From positions 186,001-250,000 of the forward strand of contig JBLWGC010000043.1 of assembly GCA_048772705.1 (NCBI GenBank): DNA of 64,000 nt, written 5' to 3'. How positions within the stretch are numbered: the stretch's first letter is position 1; each line of letters begins with the position of its first letter. The translations under genes and the position numbers were made by a program. A model generated the notes under the pieces. It did no database searches. It was not told the DNA's origin and was given only the letters and a program-made list of their open reading frames with translations. Positions 59,401 through 64,000 of this stretch are shown here, in pieces. This DNA comes from Leidyana gryllorum EB-2025a. Lineage: Eukaryota; Protista; Apicomplexa.

Positions 59401-60528
59401 ACTGATGAAGAGATTCAGTGGCACTGGTCGAGGCTGAACAAATTGAAACGAAAACTAAATCGCCGTCGCGAGACAGCGTTCAATGAAAGGTGGATGGGCG
59501 AAGTTCAGGAGAAGCTCGTTACCACCCATCCTCGTTTCATAGAATTACTGGATTCTTTACATAAGATTGGGATTTCGTGGAACAGGCCGCCCAATGCATG
59601 GGCTCCGGCTTCACGTAACTTTGGCGTGGGCCAGAATGGTAGTGTACTGGCCGCTCTGGCTGAGTCGGGCGTTGGGCGAGACTTCATAGTGCAAGATCTC
59701 AACTGTCTTGTTGGGACCGACCTTCTGAACCATCCTGGTGTGCTGACAAGGTTATTCGGCTTGGCTGCCGAGATTGGAGGGTGCTGGAATCCGCGAACCC
59801 GCGAGATTACCATATTAGGGTCAACACTGGGCCCGGTGGGTCATTGTTCGAATGCAAGTGTAGTGATGGCCATGCTCCATTTAGGCGACGTAAGTCTACG
59901 CAATATGATGTCGGGACCGATTTGTGACGTGTCTCCTCTGGGACCACTACCTCGACCGCCCCCCCACTAATCTTTGTTGCAGGGCGCGGTGACCCCACCT
60001 GATCACCGTAATCGCACCTACACGGCGATATCGGACGTTTGTGGACTTTCGGATCCGTTTGGCGGAGTGGACCAGCAGCAAGGGGCGCTGCTGCAGGAGT
60101 GCCCAAGTAGTCTGCTACAGAGTTCGGAGTCTCTGTTGAGTACTTGGGTTGACAGTAGGAAGGTGTGGCGTCGCAGACACAGTGCCAGCAGCACATGGTC
60201 TGCAGAAGACGTATGTTTGGGCGGCGAGGAAGAGGATTTTGAATCTTGTGAGAGTGAGTCGGATGATACGAATCGGGCGGATGTGCTTCCACACTTGTCT
60301 TGTGCTACGCTCTTTGCGGAAGAGGCATATATCGCGCAAGAGATATATGGGAGACCGTGGACATACTGGTCGATTTATGAAGGAGGACGGCGATGGAGGC
60401 AATCACGAGTGAAGAGGTGTCTGGTGAGGATGCTACCAGGGGTTGTCGACCGCTTGACATGTCCTTGCTTGGCCTTCAACACCCAACATCAACTTGTCTT
60501 ACAGCTCGTGAGTTTGGCCGCTGCGTAA
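53420..60528 (+). CDS. Very large hypothetical protein (multi-exon; could be more than one gene), paralog A
   Basis: Contiguous chain of + strand ORFs separated by intron-sized gaps. The N-terminal blocks match the gene at 60967. Confidence 0.55.
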
Positions 60529-60966
60529 TTATCCTGTGTCGTGAACTCATCTCAGATCGGTATATTGCCCAACGGGGTTCTCAGTCGTAGCAGAAATGTA
60601 CTGGCAAGACTGAGGCACTTGGCGTGAGTTAACCATTGTGTGTTGGGCTTCCCAAGTCTTCCCAGTGATGAGCATCCGGAGGTTTTTGCCTCTGCAGAAA
60701 TGTGGTGGAAATGTCTGAAGCTCATGGAAGTGGCTGAATGGAATGTGGACTACATGTAAGGGTCTTGGGGGTTGTTAGGCTTGCACAAGTTTGCAGACAT
60801 TCTTTCATCCAAATGATCACGTCAATCCAAGGGCAATCAGAAATACACCAACGGATAAGTGTGGTGGAAGTCATGGGTGTGTGGGATACGTTGGACCTAG
60901 CTTGGAGATCTATTCGAGCTGAACAGTAGAAGTGGTTTTGTTGTTGTTTTTCTTGCTGGGGAGGGG

Positions 60967-63900
60967 ATGAAACGGCGCAATGTAGTAGTTTCGTTACTAG
61001 CATCTTGTCTAGAGCTGATAAACGTCAAGCTGGAGCGGTGGGGCCAGGACGATGGTCGTGAGGTATCATACTCGGAGAATGTTGCTCCCCTTTATAGGGC
61101 CCTCAGAGCAATACTGCACCATGTGAGATGGCGTGTTCAAACAACCACACAGTAAGCAGGTGACAGCGACGGACATAATACTGGCGACTAATGCTCTGCG
61201 ACTGGAACTGGAGGTGCCTCGACAGGTCTACCTCCGCGACAGCCCAAAGCGCTTATTGAGTTGGCTCGTGTACATTTTGCGAGCACCACTGATCATAGAC
61301 GATCCTGATCTCTCGCGCATTTCGCTTCAATGCATGGCTCGTTTGTGGAGCGCAACATTCTTGGAACAAGCGGAAGAGATTGTGTATTGCATTTGCCGAG
61401 CTTACAATCTGCGCTCCGTCCTTTATTCGGGCCGTCTGAACTCTTACGCTTCCACGTCCACAGGATTTCCTGACAGCTATACGACATCCCTTCTTTATGC
61501 TCAACTGGCTCTTAACCGGGCGTTCCTGAGGCAATACCTCTATCGTCTGGACGATTTCAGCAGAGCCATTTCTGTTCTGCCTTCGTCTGACAAAAACCCT
61601 CCAACTCTCACTTTCACCTCTTCCTTACTGACGACCCCGACGCCGGAAACGCAGGCCAGCACGCCGCAAGCACCGGATTGCCTCTCTGAGCAGGGGGCAG
61701 ATGCTGAGATCTGGGTAGAATTTGTGAGCTCATGCCACAGAAAGCGGCCTCGCACGAGCAAGCGAAGCGACACCCTGTTGAAACGAACTCGAACCGATGA
61801 GGCCGCCTTCCGATCAGCGTTGAGCTACGACTCGTGGCTGGATGCCGATCCCAGAGATTCCGAGAACACCAGCGACTGGGGGGAAAATGACAGTGAAGCT
61901 TACAACCCCTTGAAGATACCTCGCATCGGCCACATGGCCTCCACGAGTAATTTATTATTGGTTTATCTCCATAGGCTTGCCGGACAACTGATAGCCTCAG
62001 TACCCGATAATGATTGTAATCCTTCTGATTGGGAGAATGAACAGCAGACAAACTTTGCTGCTTCTAATTCGGGAGGTGACTCCGACTCGCTGTTGAGCGA
62101 TTTCGGAGTAAGCGAGTCGCATCAGCACGTCCGCCACGCCCGATGGTTGATGTGGCTGATCTGCGTACTCCTGATATGCGATTTTGTTATTGCTCTCACT
62201 GACTTGAGCGTTTCTACTCGTCTGGTTGACGGAAATGCGCATTATCATTTCGGGGTAGGTGACAAAGAGCCGCATTGCCCTCAGTGCACCCCATGTCTCC
62301 CCTGCGTGAGAGCCCACTGCGCCGTTTTAACCGCCAAACCTTCGACTTTATGACTCATCGACTTTTCACAATTGCTGCAGCACGTACTTTTGACACACGT
62401 TCACGATCACCGCTTGTTATCGAGAGCTTGTAGCCTAACCTACCAAGCAGCAGAGCTGGACGGCGCTTGCCCTGTGGAAAGATCCCTAGCACAGGCTGTA
62501 AGTCCGAAGTGGTCGATTGGTTATAACGTAGATTTCAGCTTCGCAGTCGATTGGGCACGCTGCTCAGGCGGTCGTTGGAGCTGGGATCTTATACCGAAAA
62601 GATTTCGGAGAAGCGGTGGGGTGTCTCGGGGTTGTGGCTGTCGCAAGTCACCCACTTGTGCTCGTTCCTGTTCCTGGATGACACTATGACTCGATGCAAG
62701 CGCATGGTACGAGCTCCACAGCAGATCAGTATTCCTCAAGCTCAAACCATCACAATGGACTGGCGACAGTCGTGTCGAGTGTGGTTGGAATTGGTACGAT
62801 GTCCACTGTGGTTGGGTGCAGAGCTGGAGGGACGGTTTCCGGCTTTTCGGCGTTTGGCCGACGCGCTGAGCTCTGCAACAACGCAACTTACATTGTTGAG
62901 ATTAATTCGATTGTCTTTCTCTACCATCTCTGCCGCGTTTGGGCTTCCCGGATTGCCCAGCAAGGGAGCTCAACTTCTCCTCAAGTTCCGCCGGTCGATG
63001 CAGAGTGTTGGTGAGATATCGGCCCGCGACTTACTGACCGGGGATGTACTCGGATTGCAGTGCTGTTATGCACTGGCGCGCGCAGGCGTTCATTTGGCAT
63101 TGCGTGAGAAGAGTTTTAAGCTTAACACGTTGTTCGCGGAAGAGTCAGATGACTCTCTTCGTTTCCGATCACTGAGATGTGTACAGCGTTTAGCTCGCAT
63201 GGGAAAGCGGATTGCAGAGAGCGGTTTGGGATTCCAAACCTGTGATGTGGAAGCGCTGAGGAGCAGGCGAGGGAAGATTCCAAGAATGACACTGTACTTG
63301 TCCGACACTATTGATGAGTGGTTATTATACGACACCATCACGCGAGGAGCCGCTTTACCCACTTTGATGGACGCTACCAGCGCCAAGAAGACGGTGATGG
63401 CTCGGTCGCGACCTCGGTCCCGGGGGCTTCAATTGGACGACGAAGTGCTCGTGGCGGTGGCTCGGCAAGCTGATCGCCAAGCCTCGGAAATACCATTGAG
63501 TCAAGCGCTGCAGCATTGTCTGCAGCTGGAGTTGGAGTCTCTCATAGCCTCCATCCAAGAAGGTGCTTCGTATTATTCAGCCGTGTGGCGAGCACCGCGT
63601 GCCAATTGCACATATGTGAAACGTGATCGATATGTGATCAACACCGTTGGCTATTATCTCCTACCCTTGTGTGTAGTCCCTCACCAACACGGGTTTCCGC
63701 CCCGCAGCTGTTGGGCGAGTCACTTGTATGACCAAATAGGTCCAGCAGCGAATGAAATCGCTATGTCAAGCGGCGGCTTTTATCGTGGGCTTTCCACACT
63801 TTCAGTAAAATTAGATCCATCTGCGAATGATGAGACAGACCAAGATCGCCGGACCCTTAGCCGGAGTTCTGCTGACATGGATGCTGCCTCTCTCGACTCT

Positions 63901-64000
63901 CTTTCCTCGCTGGGCAACTCGCGAAGTGTGGCATCGCGAGCTTTCACTGAACTACTGCAACGATCCAAACGCCCCTCGACCTTGAGCGATGTGCGGGGAC
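60967..64000 (+). CDS. Large hypothetical protein, tandem paralog B (3'-partial)
   Basis: VPRQVYLRDSPKRLLSWLVYILRAPL matches VPVYVYLHDCRRRGLLSWIMYCVRAPL. EGASYYSAVWR..RYVINTVGYYLLPL matches EGAAYYAAIWR..RYPTNTVGFYILPL. Confidence 0.6.

Overview
Compact, intron-containing eukaryotic DNA with short GT-AG introns of about 38-50 nt and very short intergenic gaps. The gene content suggests an apicomplexan or gregarine-like protist (inference). The window has two parts. (1) 1-~19.3 kb is a large rolling-circle (Helitron-type, most like Helitron2/Helentron) mobile element. It has an intact, intronless Rep-HUH/PIF1-helicase ORF of >=1489 aa on the minus strand (<1..4468). The ORF track misses it because it runs off the window. 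It is followed by three unknown cargo genes, an 11-bp-period satellite and a ~9 kb array of 12 same-orientation copies of one 39-nt hairpin terminus (minus strand 5'-TTGTGCAGGTCGGCGAAACCCGCAAGGGTGAGCCCGACC). Each terminus is joined at the same nucleotide either to a truncated 5' piece of a related element or to a TGTA-starting fragment of a different, LTR-retroelement-like family. The array reads like a stacked record of successive self-insertions and captures. (2) ~19.5-64 kb is densely packed host genes: a strongly degenerate, probably motor-dead myosin with IQ motifs, a PSI-like membrane protein, a membrane-anchored CocE/NonD hydrolase, a DHHC palmitoyltransferase, an ear-less AP-1 gamma adaptin, a prenyltransferase beta subunit, a P4-ATPase, a tRIP/Arc1p-like protein, prefoldin 6, a VWA/integrin-beta-like adhesin, a subtilisin, an alpha/beta hydrolase and two tandem large unknown paralogs. 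Exon boundaries were read by eye and are approximate.
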